From Octopus sinensis (taxonomy: Eukaryota), in the NCBI RefSeq assembly GCF_006345805.1, contig NC_043004.1, forward strand, positions 76,570,001 through 76,634,000: a stretch of DNA of 64,000 bases. Reading direction: 5' to 3'. Numbering within the stretch: the first letter of the stretch is position 1; every line of letters starts with the position of its first letter. This document shows positions 13,011 through 26,715 of the stretch, piece by piece. Below the pieces are notes generated by a model that was not told the DNA's origin, did no database searches, and saw only the letters and a list, made by a program, of their open reading frames with translations. Made by a program: the position numbers and the translations under genes.

Positions 13011-13409
13011 AGCTGTAACCTCTCAATGCAATGAAGGAGTGGATCAGCTTGGAGAGTCTCCCTGATCTCCAAGCCGTGCACCATGTTTGAGTAACATTAC
13101 TTCAGAGAACCTTTGCAGAAATTCTGATTTGGCTGCTCGTATTCGTGAAAGTACTAAGCCAGCTGAAACCATCCCTGGCTCTGAGTACAAATGTCTTGTT
13201 TTCATAAGTTTTGAATCAAAATCTTCCACCAAACCTTAGTCACAATTTATGTTCCTAACATTGGCTTAATGATAACTAAGTTATTTTACTAAATTCTTTG
13301 TTATATTTAAAGGAATTGATAGAAATACAAAGCATATTAAAATAAATCCAGTAATATAAAGGTTAATACCCAACACTTATGATCCCATGTGAGGATTGGC
13401 ATGACAGAC

Positions 13410-13643
13410 AAAATACCTATTTCTTTATTGCCCACAAGGGGCTAAACATAGAAGGGACAAACAAGGACAAGAAAATGGATTAAGTCAATTACATCGACCC
13501 CAGTGCGTAACTGGTACTTAATTTAACGACCCCAAAAGGATGAAAGGCAAAGTCAACCTTGGTGGAATTTGAACTCAGAACGTAACAACAGACAAAATAC
13601 AACTAAACCCGGCACGCTAACGTTTCTGCCAGCTTGTCGCCTT
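13410..13643 (-). mobile_element. SINE family A
   Basis: Core, head and dimer-type junction at 13417. Confidence 0.85.
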
Positions 13644-13941
13644 CTACTCTTGTGGTATATTCTATGAAGTGGAATGTAGATTTTTGTACTGCAGTGTATT
13701 GTAAAACATTTATTTATATTAATGCAAGATGTGTGATTCAGAATTTGTTAACTATTATTACAATACATCATATTAATATACGTTATAAGAAAAGATGGTT
13801 TACTTTTTTTATAGATTGCCAGTTTCAAGATGAATATCAAACTTCACTTATATCTGATAAATATAAATATAATATAATGTTGAGAATAAATATGTTATAT
13901 ATACATACTTACATACATACATACATACATACATGCATATA

Positions 13942-13988
<47 letters not shown>

Positions 13989-14199
13989 AAAGCATGACTT
14001 TGAAAGAAGGAGAACAAGAATGAGAAAAAAAACCGTTTTTTCAGATAAAAGGAAGGTAGAATAAATAGAAAAGAAGGAAAATAAAGAGATTACTAATGTA
14101 GGGAAGAGGGAGAGAGAGAGAGAGAAAAGAAATGAGAAAGGGAGCTTAGTGGAGGGGGAGGAGGAGAGAAGAGGAAGGAAGGGGAGGAGAGAAGAAGAA

Positions 14200-14588
14200 G
14201 AAGAAGAAGAAGAAGTTGTATAAAGATCAACTGTAGTGGTTAGGGTTAGGATTACATAAATGAAATACAAATAACAATAATAATGATAATAATAATAATA
14301 AAAGCAATAACAACAACAACAACAACAACAACAATGATAATAATGATAACGATAACAACAACAACAACAACAAAACAATAATAATAATAATAATACTGAT
14401 ATATAAATAGAGAAACCACAAGTTAAATGAAGTGAGTGATAAACTGTGTAGAAGAGAAATGGTTGTGTAATCTGCAATCTCACTGATATGAAAATAATAA
14501 AGACAATGAATAACAAATCCCTAGTAGTAGTAGTAGTAGTAGTAGTAGCAGTGGCGATGGTGATGCTGGTGGTGTTGTGGTAGTAGTG

Positions 14589-14628
<40 letters not shown>

Positions 14629-14640
14629 CAGCAGCTCAGT
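14200..14640. repeat. Serial (GAA)n, (TAA)n, (CAA)n, (TAG)n arrays
   Basis: Direct reading. Confidence 0.9.
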
Positions 14641-15080
14641 AGTGGCAGTAGGAAGCGGAGGTGGAATAGGAGAAATGGTGGTAGGGAGAGCAGCAGAGAC
14701 ACATCAACCAATGTAGTCCGAGATACTCACCACCAAAAGGGAGTCGGAATGCTTTTGATCACAGGGTTTGTTTGACTGGGGTTTGGTCTGACGCTGGACA
14801 AAGGACAGCGACTTATGGCATGGGTAACCAGACTTACTTAAAAAAGGGAGGGGTGAGGGGGAAAGGATAGAGGCAGTCTTCCCTACCCTGTCCCCAGGGG
14901 TGGGGGTGGGCAAGTGTAACACCTTCTAGTTATGTCACTGGATGGTTGAGTTGGTAGAGCATCGGAAAAAATACATTGTGAAAATTGAACTGACTGTCTC
15001 TCCACTCCAAGTTCAAATCTGTGTGGGGTCATCATTACCGTCCATCCTTATAGGGTCAATAAAAGAAAAAATGTACCATA

Positions 15081-15460
15081 GGTACAGGAGTGGCTGTGTT
15101 GTAAGTAGCTTGCTTACCAACCACATGGTTCTAGGTTCATTTCCACTGTGTGACACCTTGGGCAAGTGTCTTCTACTATAGCTTCAGGCTGACCAAACCT
15201 TGTGCGCGGATTTCATAGATGGAAACTGAAAGAAGCCTGTCGTATATATATATGTGTGTGTGTCTGTGTTTGTCCTCCCAACATCGCTTAACAACCGATA
15301 TTGGTGTGTTTACATCCCTTAATTTAGCAGTTCGGCAAAAGAGACAGATAGAATAAGTACTAGGCTTACAAAGAATAAGTCCTGGGTCGGTTTCTTCGAC
15401 TAGAGGTGGAGCTCCAGCATGGCCGCAGTCAAATGACTGAAACAAATGAATGAATAAAAG
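15081..15460 (+). mobile_element. SINE family B, full length
   Basis: Head GGTACAGGAGTGGCTGTG through tail GACTGAAACAA...AATAAAAG. Confidence 0.9.
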
Positions 15461-15687
15461 AAACAAATGTTAGTGCATCACCATCTCTCTCTTCCTCTCT
15501 CTCTCTCCCCTCTCTCTCCCACTCTCTCTCTTTCTCTCTCTCTCCTCTTTCTTTCTCCCTACCTCTCTCCCCAGCTCACATATTCAAAATGTTCCGCAGG
15601 GTTAAGGGTGGAAAGACCGAGAGGGTGTCTACGTTTGTTCATGGCTGGCATTCCCTTGGTTACGATGATGTTGAGTGTTCCAATGGT

Positions 15688-15945
15688 TCCGATCAATGGA
15701 ACAGTCTGCTTGTGAAATTAACAGGCAAGTGGCTGAGTGCTCCGTAGACCTGTGTATCCATAGTGTAGTTCTCAGAGGGAGATTCAGTGTGACTGGCGCT
15801 CCATCGGTTATGGCAACAAATATTCAAGTTGATCCGATCAATGGAACAGCCTGCTCACGAAACTAACATGCAATTGGCTGAGGGCTCCACAGACACGTAT
15901 ATCCATAACATAATTCTCAGAGAGAGATTCAGCTGGACCACTAGC
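15688..15945 (+). repeat. Two diverged copies (145-bp period) of an interspersed-repeat segment
   Basis: GATCAATGGAACAG at 15691 and 15836. A more degenerate reverse copy lies near 17770-17880. Confidence 0.7.
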
Positions 15946-16266
15946 ACAGCTAGAGTGTGTGCAACCCAGGGCAGCCCTTCCATTTGTCACCCCCAGATCC
16001 CACAAAAAACATATTGCCTATAGCAGACTTAAAAGCACCCCCCCCCTTCCACTAGCTACATTACTGAGCTTAACATAGAATGTAACAAAGATGACCCTTT
16101 GAAATACAGGACCTGCTTAATTTTGCAACAGGTACTTAATTTATCAACCCCGAAAGGATGAATGGTAAAGCTGACCTCGGTGGAATTTGAACTCAGAACA
16201 TAAAGACAGATGAAATTTTGCTAAGCATTTCATCCAGCATGTTAATGTTTCTGCCAGCTTGCTGCC

Positions 16267-16475
<209 letters not shown>

Positions 16476-16650
16476 AAAAGAATAACATAAAAAATATCAT
16501 GAGAATCAGAATGTTTGATTGGTTGCTGATCTGTGTTATTACGGATCAATATGTGATAAGTGTAACATGGTTCACAAATGAGAGTACGTACCATGTTGTC
16601 CCAGATCAGTGATGAATGAATCAGTGATAAACAAGGATTGACCTTTCATT

Positions 16651-17042
16651 GTTTTAGACTTTTACTGGTGTCAGTCATTAGACTGTGGCCATGCTGGAGC
16701 ACTGCCTTTAGTTGAACAAATCGACCCCAAGACTAATTCTTTGTAAGCCTAGTACTTATTTTATTGATCTCTTTTGCCGAACCGCTAAGTTATGTGGACA
16801 TAAACACACCAACATCGGTTGTCAAGCAATGGTGGGGTGACAAACACAGGCACACGAAACACACACACACACACACACATGACGGGCTTCTTTCAGTTTC
16901 TGTCTACCAAATCCACTCACAAGGCTATGGTCGGTTTGAGGCTATAGTAGAATACACTTGCCGAAGGGACCACACAGAGGGACTTAACCTGGTAACATTT
17001 GGTTGGGAAGCAAGCTACTTACCCCACAGCCAAACCTGCGCC
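16651..17042 (-). mobile_element. SINE family B flanked by 114-bp direct repeats
   Basis: Flanks 16537-16650 and 17043-17156 are about 94% identical. Confidence 0.85.
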
Positions 17043-17156
17043 TATTACAGATCAATATGTGCTAAGTGTAACATGGTTCACAAATGAGCGTACGTACCAT
17101 GTTGTTCCAGATCAGTGATGAATGAATCAGTGATAAACAAAGATTGATCTTCCATT

Positions 17157-17527
17157 TTTTAAAAACTTCACTTGTTTCAGGCATTAGACTGTGGCCATGC
17201 TGGAGCACTGCCTTGAAGCATTTTTCAGTCAAATGAACTGATCACAGTGCTTCTTATTTTTAAGCCTGGTACTTAATTCTGTTGGTCTCCTTTGCTGAAC
17301 CGCTAAGTTACGGGGATGATGGTGAGGACAAACACAGACATAAAATCACACACACACACATTTACAATGGGCTTCTTTCAGTTTCAATCTACCAAATCCA
17401 CTCAGAAGGCTTTGGTCAGCTCGAGGCTATAGTAGAAGACACTTGACCAGGGTGCCATGCAGTGGGACTGAACCCAGAACCATGTGGTTGGAAAGCAAAC
17501 TTCTAACTACAGACCCTCACCTGCACC
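17157..17527 (-). mobile_element. SINE family B (different variant)
   Basis: Family B head and tail; internal deletion relative to the neighbouring copy. Confidence 0.85.
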
Positions 17528-17948
17528 TATTGATGTCCCAAACCACAGTTTTTTTTTTCTTTTGTAGTATTTATAATAGTCATAGTATGGTGAAATGATT
17601 TAGAAATTTGCTTTGCAGCCATGACGTCTAGGGTTCAATCTCACTGCACAGTACCTTGGACAAATGTCAGTTTTTTTGTCCTTGGGTTGACTCAAAGCTA
17701 AGAGGGAAATTGTCTGGAGGGGAAACTGTATGGAAGCTTGTCAGATGGGTTGTATTTGTAATTTGAAAGGTTCAAACCTTGTCGCCCTCACTGTGCTCTG
17801 TTGGTTCGGCTGAAGAATTATGCTAAGAGTACATATGACTACGGAATACTCAGCCAACTTACAATTTAATTCAGGAACGTATGATGGAATAATTGAATTG
17901 TCAATGCCAGTTGTGATCAACCAGTTGGGATCAACCACCACCACCACC

Positions 17949-17980
<32 letters not shown>

Positions 17981-18270
17981 CAACAACAACAACCACAACA
18001 GCAACAGCAGCCATTCAAGAATTTGGACCTGGAGATCTCCATTTCCTGTGACTTCGATGGCTACCCCCCCGGGTGTCAACAAGACGACCAAAGTTTTTCT
18101 TTTCCAAGGTCTGGGGTCTCCCGCCCCTAAGCCCTAGACCATCACCTTAATCACCCTTACCCGGCTTGTAGCTTAACAACAACAACAGCAACAGCAATAA
18201 CAGTACCACTACTTTTGTCCCCACCACAACCACAACCACAACCCATGGCAGCAGCAGCAATATCAGTAGT

Positions 18271-18304
<34 letters not shown>

Positions 18305-19252
18305 GTAGTAGTAGTAGTAGTTAGTAAGTAAGAGTCATCAAATTTATAGTTGTTTATTGTAGCCATAGAAACCATTTCATTGATTGTCATTATTCTGCCT
18401 TGACATCTCTCCCCCACCCACCTCACCCCGACTATCAGCCACACCTCCACCCCCACACATACCAAGTTGACAGTTCACCACTTTCCTTGTTAGTCAATGA
18501 CCACTTCCAAAACAGACATCATTCTCAACATCACCGTGTGTGCGTCCATGCATGCATGTATGTGTTTGTGCGTGCATGCATGTGTGTGTGTGCATGTGTG
18601 TGTGTGCATGTGTGTGTGTGTGTGTGTGCACCCTGATTAGTTGGTCAGATAAGAGAACAGGAAAAAAAGGATATTCAAAGTGACATGGCAAAGAAATTAC
18701 TAATTCATATGTATTTGCACTACTTAATGCTACGGGCTGTCGACATGCTTCAATAATCGAACGCTTGAGCGACAACAATGTCCTCTGTGGGTTCTGTCTC
18801 GGTTAAAATTCACACCTAATCTACAACAGTTACTCTGCATGAAATAATTCACACAAATATTCAATACCATTGGCTCCAATCTACTAAAAAGGAAGGAAAT
18901 GAACACAGTTACAATACATACATATATATAGAGTGAGATATAGAATACATAAATATATAGAGATACAATACGTACATATAGAGAGATAGAATACATACAT
19001 ATAAAGAGATACAATACATATATACATATATAGAGATACAATACATATATACATACATACATATATAGATTTAACGCATTTTTAATAAAATTCTGTTAGC
19101 GTGCTTTCCTCAATTTCAGCAAAACGTGTGTTCGTAGTGATGTATTTCGTATGTGGTGATTGGCGATTTAAAGTCTATTTCTCAGCATATTGGCATAGAA
19201 ATATCTTTCTTTTGCCCTTATTTATAATTGTACAAATATATATATATATATA

Positions 19253-19658
19253 TTAGCAGCTAAGCCCGGTTTCACCCGGTCTGTTTGGATGATGTGGCTG
19301 TGATCGTTTTCGGTTAGGCATAATCTATTACAGCGTTTGTCAACCTTAACATTTCGGGTCCCCTGTTTCGATTGGAGCCTTCAGCTGTATGACAATTTCC
19401 TGACCCCACCCCTCTGTCAGAAAACAGCTTCTAAGCAACTGGTTGTTTTAATGGCGGAAGAAAGAGGAGAATTCCATTAGAAAAAGTTTTAATTAATTTT
19501 CTCGGTAAGTATGGATGCTAGGAAAAAAACTGCATTCCAATCTATGCACCGTCTCCACATGAGTGCCATTTTTCACGCAGATCCACGCAGCCGTTTGGCT
19601 GTGAACCTCAAGACAAGAAAGAATATAACGATCGCCCATGTCCAATTTATATTATAGA
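19253..19658 (-). mobile_element. Non-autonomous Helitron-like element, family 1
   Basis: Minus strand starts A|TCTATAATATAAA at 19658. It ends with the hairpin CCGGGTGAAACCGGG then GCTGCTAA|T at 19253 (CTAA instead of CTAG). Inserted between A and T. Confidence 0.7.
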
Positions 19659-20436
19659 TATATACATGTGTGTGTGTGTGTGTGTGAGCGCACGCGTGCA
19701 TCTATATATGTGTGCATGTGTGCATCTATATATGTGTATGTGTGCATCTGTGTGTGTGTGGGTTTGTGCATGTATGTCTCTCATCCTTATCACCATCATC
19801 ATCATCATCATCATCATTGTTTAACATATGTTTTTCATGCATGCAGGGGTAGGACAGTAGAAGACCACCCCAGGCTACTGTGTCAGTTTTGGCAGGGTTT
19901 TTATGGCTGGATGCCCTTCCTAATGTGTGTGTGTGTGTGTGTGTGTGTGTGATAATTCCTTCTCCTTGTTGTTTAAACATCCATTTTCCATTCTGGCCCC
20001 GTGGTTGGGTTGATTTGACAGGACCCAGCAAACAGCGTCTGCTTTGTCATGCGTTCTCCACCTCTATGCCCTTTCTAACGCAAACCCCTTTACAGCATGT
20101 ACTGGGTGCTTTGTTTCATGCCACCAGCACTAGTGAAGCAACTAAGTAACTTGCAAGACAGGAGCAGAACAAGGAAAGGAAAACGGCCCCTTGACTTAGT
20201 GGTGGGGGCACTATTTTAAAGAAAGGGGTGTTGGTTTTGTGCCAGGTGTGGGGAGATTAAAGTGTGATAGAGGGACAAGAGCAGGTATGATGCTATAAAG
20301 GAGATGGTTTATAGCAGTGTTTCTCAACTGGTGTCCCCGGAACCCTAGGGTTACACAAAAGGCTCCTAGAGGTTCCCCAAGAAAAAGTAAGATAAGCTAA
20401 TGCTAATTTCATGATTGTAATATTACAATACATGTT

Positions 20437-20645
20437 GGCACATGGCCTAGTGGTTAGAGCAGCAGATTTGCAGTCGAGGGATTGCAGGTTCGAATCTCAG
20501 ACCAGGTGATGTATGTGTTTATGAGTGAAACATCTAAGCTCCACACAGCTCCAGCAGAAGGTAATGGCAAACCTCTGCTGACTCTTTTGCCACCACTTTC
20601 TCTCACTTTCTCCTCCTGCATTTAGCAGCTCACCTGCAACAGACC
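20437..20645 (+). mobile_element. tRNA-derived SINE family D
   Basis: A-box TGGCCTAGTGG and B-box GGTTCGAATCTC; the body does not match families A-C. Confidence 0.65.
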
Positions 20646-21062
20646 AGTGTTCTACAGTTGGATGCCCTTCCTAATGCCAACCACTACAAGAGAGTAACGG
20701 GTGCTTTTATGTTCCACTGGCATGGGTGTCATTTGTGTGATACCAGTATCTGCCATGACTGTGATTTTGCTTGGTGGGTCTTCTTCTCAAGCAGAACATA
20801 ATGCTAAAGGTCACAGTCATTGCCTTTGCGAGGCCCAACATTTGAAAGGAACCCAGTCACATTACCCCCATGAGGCTCAATGCCTCAAACTTCTGAAAAT
20901 TTTCAAAACCTCTGGAATGCACCTTTCACATACGCACTCATACACTGTTCACTTTCCAGACATTACTGCATATGCTATATATTCACTTTTGACAAGTTGT
21001 AGTGCACCTGAGCACTGTATACAATAATTTCATTATTATTATTATTATTATATATATATACA

Positions 21063-21463
21063 CTCTTTTATTTGTTTCAGTCATTTGACTGTAGCCATGC
21101 TGGAGCACCGCCTTTAGTCGAGCAAATTGACCCCAGGACTTATTCTTTGTAAGCCTAGTACTTATTCTATCGGTCTCTTTTGCCGAACTGCTAAGTTACA
21201 GGGATGTAAACACACCAGCATCGGTTGTCAAGCGATGTTGGGTGGGGGGACAAATACAGACACACAAACATACACATACACACACACACATACATATATA
21301 CGACGGGCTTCTTTCAGTTTCCGTCTACAAAATCCACTCACAAGGCTTTGGTCGGCCCGAGGCTATAGTAGAAGACACTTGCCCAAGGTGTCACGCAGTG
21401 GGACTGAACCCAGAACCATGTGATTGGCAAGCAAGCTACTTACCACACGGCCATTCCTACACC
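21063..21463 (-). mobile_element. SINE family B, full length
   Basis: Family B consensus end to end. Confidence 0.9.
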
Positions 21464-21535
21464 TACATATATATGTTCACCCATGCTAGCATGGAAAACG
21501 GACGCTAAACGATGATGATGATGATGATGATGATA

Positions 21536-21585
<50 letters not shown>

Positions 21586-22627
21586 TATATAATTATATAT
21601 ATATAATATATATCTATAATAATATATATATATATAATAATATATATATACAATGTAACATGCATGATAATGGTGACAGTGGAATGGATGTGTGTCACTG
21701 AAAGACCTAATCAGCTGTAGCAGGAAGATTGCTTGTGGATTTCTCTTCTCAATAATAAACATCATGTATTCGAGTGAAGAAAAGCCAAAACAAAACAGGC
21801 AAACAAACGCTTATTGATCTTGAAAATATACTTTGTGATATTTTTTGCCGTTATTTGCAAGATTCAGCCGTTGTAGGGATCAAGTTTCAGCTTTGGATTA
21901 ACCACAAGAATCCATCTTTGTCAGAGACTCTCTGCTTAGTTTAACATCAACCTGATGGAAGCTGCTGGAAAAAATCTCTGGCAGAAACTGTATGGTTATT
22001 GTTGGTTTTGTCATTTTAGCTCCAGGTCATCATTGTCATTGTCGTGGTCATCATTATCATCATCATCATCATAATTACCATTATTGTCGTCGTCATCATC
22101 ATCATCATCATCACCATCACCATCACAACCACCACCATCATCATCACCATCACCATCATCACCATCACCACCATCATCATCCTCACCACAACTGCCAACA
22201 CCATCATATCATCATCATCATCATCATCATCATCTTTATCATCATATAATGTCCCTTTCTCCATGCTGGCAGGGGTTGGATGGGTTAACAGGAACTGATG
22301 AGCCAGAGGGCTTTGGTAAAGATTCAATGTTCAGGTGCCCTTCCTAATGCCAGCCTCTTCACAGAGTCTACTGACTGGATGCATTTTATGTGGCTCTGGC
22401 ATTTCTGAGTTCCTCAAGTAACTTGCAGGACAAGCTCCCACCACCACCACCTCCACCTCCACTCAGATCTCATAATGCAGGGAAACAGTTACATAATCAA
22501 GTACCTGTGCACTTGGAGGATTGCATTGCGTGGAAACAATTGTAGTGATTAAAAATTAAATGTCCAACTGCACCCCTTCTTGTTGGTGCCAATCTTTTCA
22601 GTTATATACATGTGTGTGTGTGTGTGT

Positions 22628-22663
<36 letters not shown>

Positions 22664-22709
22664 CAGCAATGATTTAGTAAGCAGTGTCGTGCTTTACAAT
22701 TGTATAAAT

Positions 22710-22848
22710 AATAATATTTTTGAAGCTTAAAGCTTAAAGTATCACTGTTAATTGACTAAAGAAAATAGTCTATACCCCAATATTAGACTATTTTCTTTAG
22801 TCATTTAACAGTGATCACTTATAAGCTTTAAATTTATAAAATATTATT
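22710..22848. repeat. Short foldback, about 63-bp arms with 11-bp spacer
   Basis: ATCACTGTTAATTGACTAAAGAAAATAGTCTA / TAGACTATTTTCTTTAGTCATTTAACAGTGAT core, extending with mismatches; TA-rich flanks. Confidence 0.75.
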
Positions 22849-23020
22849 AATATATATGTGTGTGTGTATTAATCAAAGTATACAGTATTATATATCCATC
22901 ACAGCTGATCTTACTGATCAGTTTTGCACTAGGGGTTTAATGGAGTGTTAGGTAACAGTCTGATTATGTAACCCTGCACTCTTCAGAGGTAACCATTCAG
23001 GAGTGAAATATGGCTTTTAA

Positions 23021-23252
23021 GTTTTCATTGTTTCAGTCATTAGACTGTGGCCATGCTGGGGCACTGCCTTGAAGAATTTTTTAGTTGAACGAATCGACTC
23101 CAGTACTTATTTTTTACCAGCTTAGTACTTATAATGATGGTCGCTTTTTTCTGAACTTCTATGTGTGATGGGAGGTGGGTGTAAACAAACCAACACCAGT
23201 TGTCAAGCAGTGGTAGCAGAAAAATAGACACAAAGACACACACACATTCACT

Positions 23253-23300
<48 letters not shown>

Positions 23301-23679
23301 AACACACACACATAGCTATATATATATTTTGAATATGTGATCGCGTATGTATCGTTGGCGATTTTCTTTCTCTGTCTTCCCTTCCTTGGACTTTTCCTTT
23401 TTTCCATGTTTCTGACAAAGAGCTCCGCTCGAAACGTTAAATCCTCCTTCTTTCTTTCCTTTCCTCAGTGTCCAATAACACTATACTTGTTCCACGTCCT
23501 CACGTTGTTGTGTTTTCTCTTTGTTCATGTTTGGATTAACTAGATATATAAATATATATCTATATGATGAGCTTCCTTCAGTTCCCACCTGCCAAATCCA
23601 CTCAGAAAGCTTTGGTCAGCCTGAGGGTATTGCAGAAGACACTTGCCCAAGGTGTCACACAGTGGGACTAAACCCAGAA

Positions 23680-23683
<4 letters not shown>
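23021..23683 (-). mobile_element. SINE family B interrupted in its internal microsatellite
   Basis: Tail 23021-23230, foreign insert 23328-23540, remainder to 23683. Confidence 0.8.
23408..23442 (+). ncRNA. Degenerate minimal hammerhead motif (G8A)
   Basis: GTTT-CTGACAA-A-GAGC(TCC)GCTC-GAAACGTT-AAAT. Perfect stem II, palindromic AACGTT stem III. Confidence 0.5.
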
Positions 23684-23716
<33 letters not shown>

Positions 23717-23959
23717 GAGTTTACTTCGTTATTTATTTACCTGGATTTTTTTTAGTGAGTGAATTATTTATTTCAGGCAGGTATTAAGCCTGTCCCCTTT
23801 ATCAGAATAAATACAGGTTAAGGTGTAAAAGCAACTGGTTTCATTACCTATTAAGCTGTTGCCTTAATGTAACAGAGATGGAGGGGGTGGATGAGGATAA
23901 GGGTGGAGACGATGGGGATTTAAAAAACATAAAAGCTAAGCTCCATGTTGTCTGGTGTT

Positions 23960-24562
23960 AATGGTTGTTGTTGTCGTTATTGTTGCTGTTGGCGGCGGCG
24001 GAGGTGACGGTGGTGGTGGTGGTGATGATGGTGGTGGCGATGGTGGTGGTGTAGTTGATGGTGATGGTGGTGGTGAAGGTGGTGGTGGTGGTGGTGGTGG
24101 TGGTGGTAGTGATAGTATTGGTGGTAGAGGTGGTAGTGGTGGAGGTGGTGGTGGTGTAGGTGATGGTGGTAGTGGTGGTGGTGGTGGTGGTGGGTCATCA
24201 CCATTTAGCAATGACAGTGGAGAGTGAGGACTGATTAAAAAAAAAAATGAAGCACCTGCCATTCTCGATGCAATTTTCATCAAAGGAAAACAAAGAGAAA
24301 TAAAAACGTGGAAAGAAAAGTTTAAAAACAGAAAGGTGCATGTGTGTTTGTGTGTATATGCATGTATACATACATACATATATGTGTGTGTGTGTGTGTG
24401 TATAAACATATATATATATATATATACACACACATATGTATATACACACATATGTGTATATACATATATGTATATACACATATGTGTGTGTATAGATATG
24501 TGTGTGTATGTATGTATTTATATATATATGCATACATATATATGAGTACATATATATATGTG

Positions 24563-24599
<37 letters not shown>

Positions 24600-24646
24600 A
24601 TATACACACATATATGCATATATATGTGTGTATATGTATGTGTTTG

Positions 24647-24692
<46 letters not shown>

Positions 24693-24840
24693 CACACATA
24701 TATGCATATATATATGCGTATATGTATGTGTTTGTATATATATATATATATGTATATACAGATTTATGCATACATATATATAAACACACACACACATACA
24801 CATACATACACACCCACGTGTATGCATGTATGTATGTATA
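23960..24840. repeat. (GGT)n array followed by compound TA/TG array
   Basis: Direct reading; the poly-P/G/H ORFs derive from it. Confidence 0.9.
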
Positions 24841-25569
24841 TGAAATGGTTTAATCTAAGGTGAAGAAGATTAATTGGAGTAAAAGATCCAGTTTTGACTC
24901 ATGCAGTCCTTTCAATGGCAATGAATAACAGTTTGAAGCACATGAAGAGATGGTGTTATTGCGGAGGCCAGTTTAGTTGATGCCAATATAGATCAACTGA
25001 TTACAGTATAACAATGGTGTTAATGATGATCATGGAAGCTATAAGAAGGCTTAAGATGGCTTTTAATCTCCCCATCCAGACCCTTAATGCAGACCTTAGA
25101 TGTGCAGTTAGGTCTTATGTGCTTATCAAGTAGGGAAGTATGTAAAGGAAAAAATTAAGCTGAGCTACGTAGTTTCCATTGAAATCCTTGGTCATACTAT
25201 GGAAGGACAAAAGGACAGTCATTAAGATGGTTGATCTTTTATTTTGTATCTTTTTATTCGTTTTATTTGTTTCATTTGTGGCCATGCTGGGGCATCACCT
25301 TCTAGAATTTTTAGTTGAATGAATTGACCCCCAGTATGTATTTTTTATTTTAAGCTGAGTACTTATTTTGTCAGTCACTTTTGCTGAACCTCTAAGTTAC
25401 AGGGATGTAAATATACCAGCAGCAGTTATCAAGTGGTGCCAGTGCTCCCTGAGTGGTGCCAGTGCTCCCTGAGTGGAGCCTGGTGTAGCCTCTGGTTTTC
25501 CAGACCTCAGTCAAACTGTCCAAACCATGCCAGCATGGAAAACAGACATTAAACGATGATGATGATGAT

Positions 25570-25775
25570 TGTGATGCATATGAATGATGACGACTGTATA
25601 AAGAAATGCCAATCGCTTAAAGTAGATGGCAATCTGTGGAAGAGGGAAACCCAGGAAAACATGTGACGAAGTGGTGAGGATCAATCTCAGGATGTTGGAC
25701 CTCAAGGAGGAGAAGACAATGGATCAAGATGTCTGGAGATATTAGGAGTTCTTGAGAAGACCCACCTACCTCAGT
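25570..25775 (+). mobile_element. RTE LINE C-terminal remnant
   Basis: Translates, with a frameshift, to MNDDDCIKKCQSLKVDG/CGRGKPRKTCDEVVRINLRMLDL, homologous to 31480-31650. Confidence 0.75.
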
Positions 25776-26198
25776 GAAACTGAGTTTTGGGAATGCTTTG
25801 TTCCACCCACATGTAACATTCAAATTTTTCACACACCCTGTCCTCCAATAAACCAAACTACATCTCTGCTTCTCCTTCGCTTCCTTACAAATCCTTTTTC
25901 CTATCCAAAATGCTTATCTCTCCCTCCCTACTCCTGCATCCCGATCCTCTCCTCACTGCCCTACCCACTGCATCCAGTTGCCCCATCCTTCCATATACCC
26001 AGGTTTCACCAGTCACTGCATCACCCCTTACCCCTTCTTTTCATTCCCTTGAACACCCTATTCATACACTTTTGGCAATGCTCTACCATCCCATTTATAT
26101 TCTCATCCCTGTACCTAGAGAGGTGGACCTGGCACATCACCACCATCTTTCTCATTCTTGTTCTCCTCCACTTTCACTTTCATTTTTGATCACTCTCT

Positions 26199-26239
<41 letters not shown>

Positions 26240-26297
26240 TCCTCCAAATGTGGTAACCATGTATTTCCTCTACAGCAACACACCTCTTTCTGTCCTT

Positions 26298-26715
26298 CTT
26301 ATTTCTTTAGTGCCCACAAGGGGCTAAACATAGAGGGGACAAACACGGACAGACAAAGGGATTAAGTTGATTAGATCGACCCCAGTGTGTAACAGGTACT
26401 TAATTTATCGACCACCAGAAAGATGAAAAGCAAAGTCGACCTCGGCAGAATTTGAACTCAGAACGTAGCGGCAGACGAAATACCTATTTCTTTACTACCC
26501 ACAAGGGGCTAAACACAGAAGGGACAAACAAGAACAGACAGACGGATTAAGTTGATTATATCAACCCCAGTGCGCAACTGGTACTTATTTAATTGGCCCT
26601 AAAAGGATGAAAGGCAAAGTCGACCTCGGCAGAATTTGAACTCAGAATGTAGCAGCAGACGAAATACCACAAAGCATTTCGCCCGGCGTGCTAACGTTTC
26701 TGCCAGCTCTCCGCC
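26298..26715 (-). mobile_element. SINE family A dimer
   Basis: Two cores, one head, junction at 26484. Confidence 0.9.

Noticed and set aside
13140-13366. Possible TTAA-type (piggyBac-like) MITE
   Set aside because: Only one plausible end (AAAGGTTAA at 13358-13366) is visible; no matching inverted end in the window.
18700-18880. Candidate minus-strand host exon (IGANGIEYLCELFHA; LKRSIIEACRQPVAL)
   Set aside because: Acceptor-like site is present but the frames are short, disagree with each other and match no protein I recognise.
20315-20400. hAT-like MITE ends (CAGTGTTTCTCAAC here; GGTTGAGAACTACTG near 42181)
   Set aside because: Unpaired single ends 22 kb apart with no TSD; cannot support an element.
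20437-20510. tRNA gene calls for SINE heads (also 2604, 38152, 45358)
   Set aside because: A and B boxes are present but no full cloverleaf; each continues into a SINE body.
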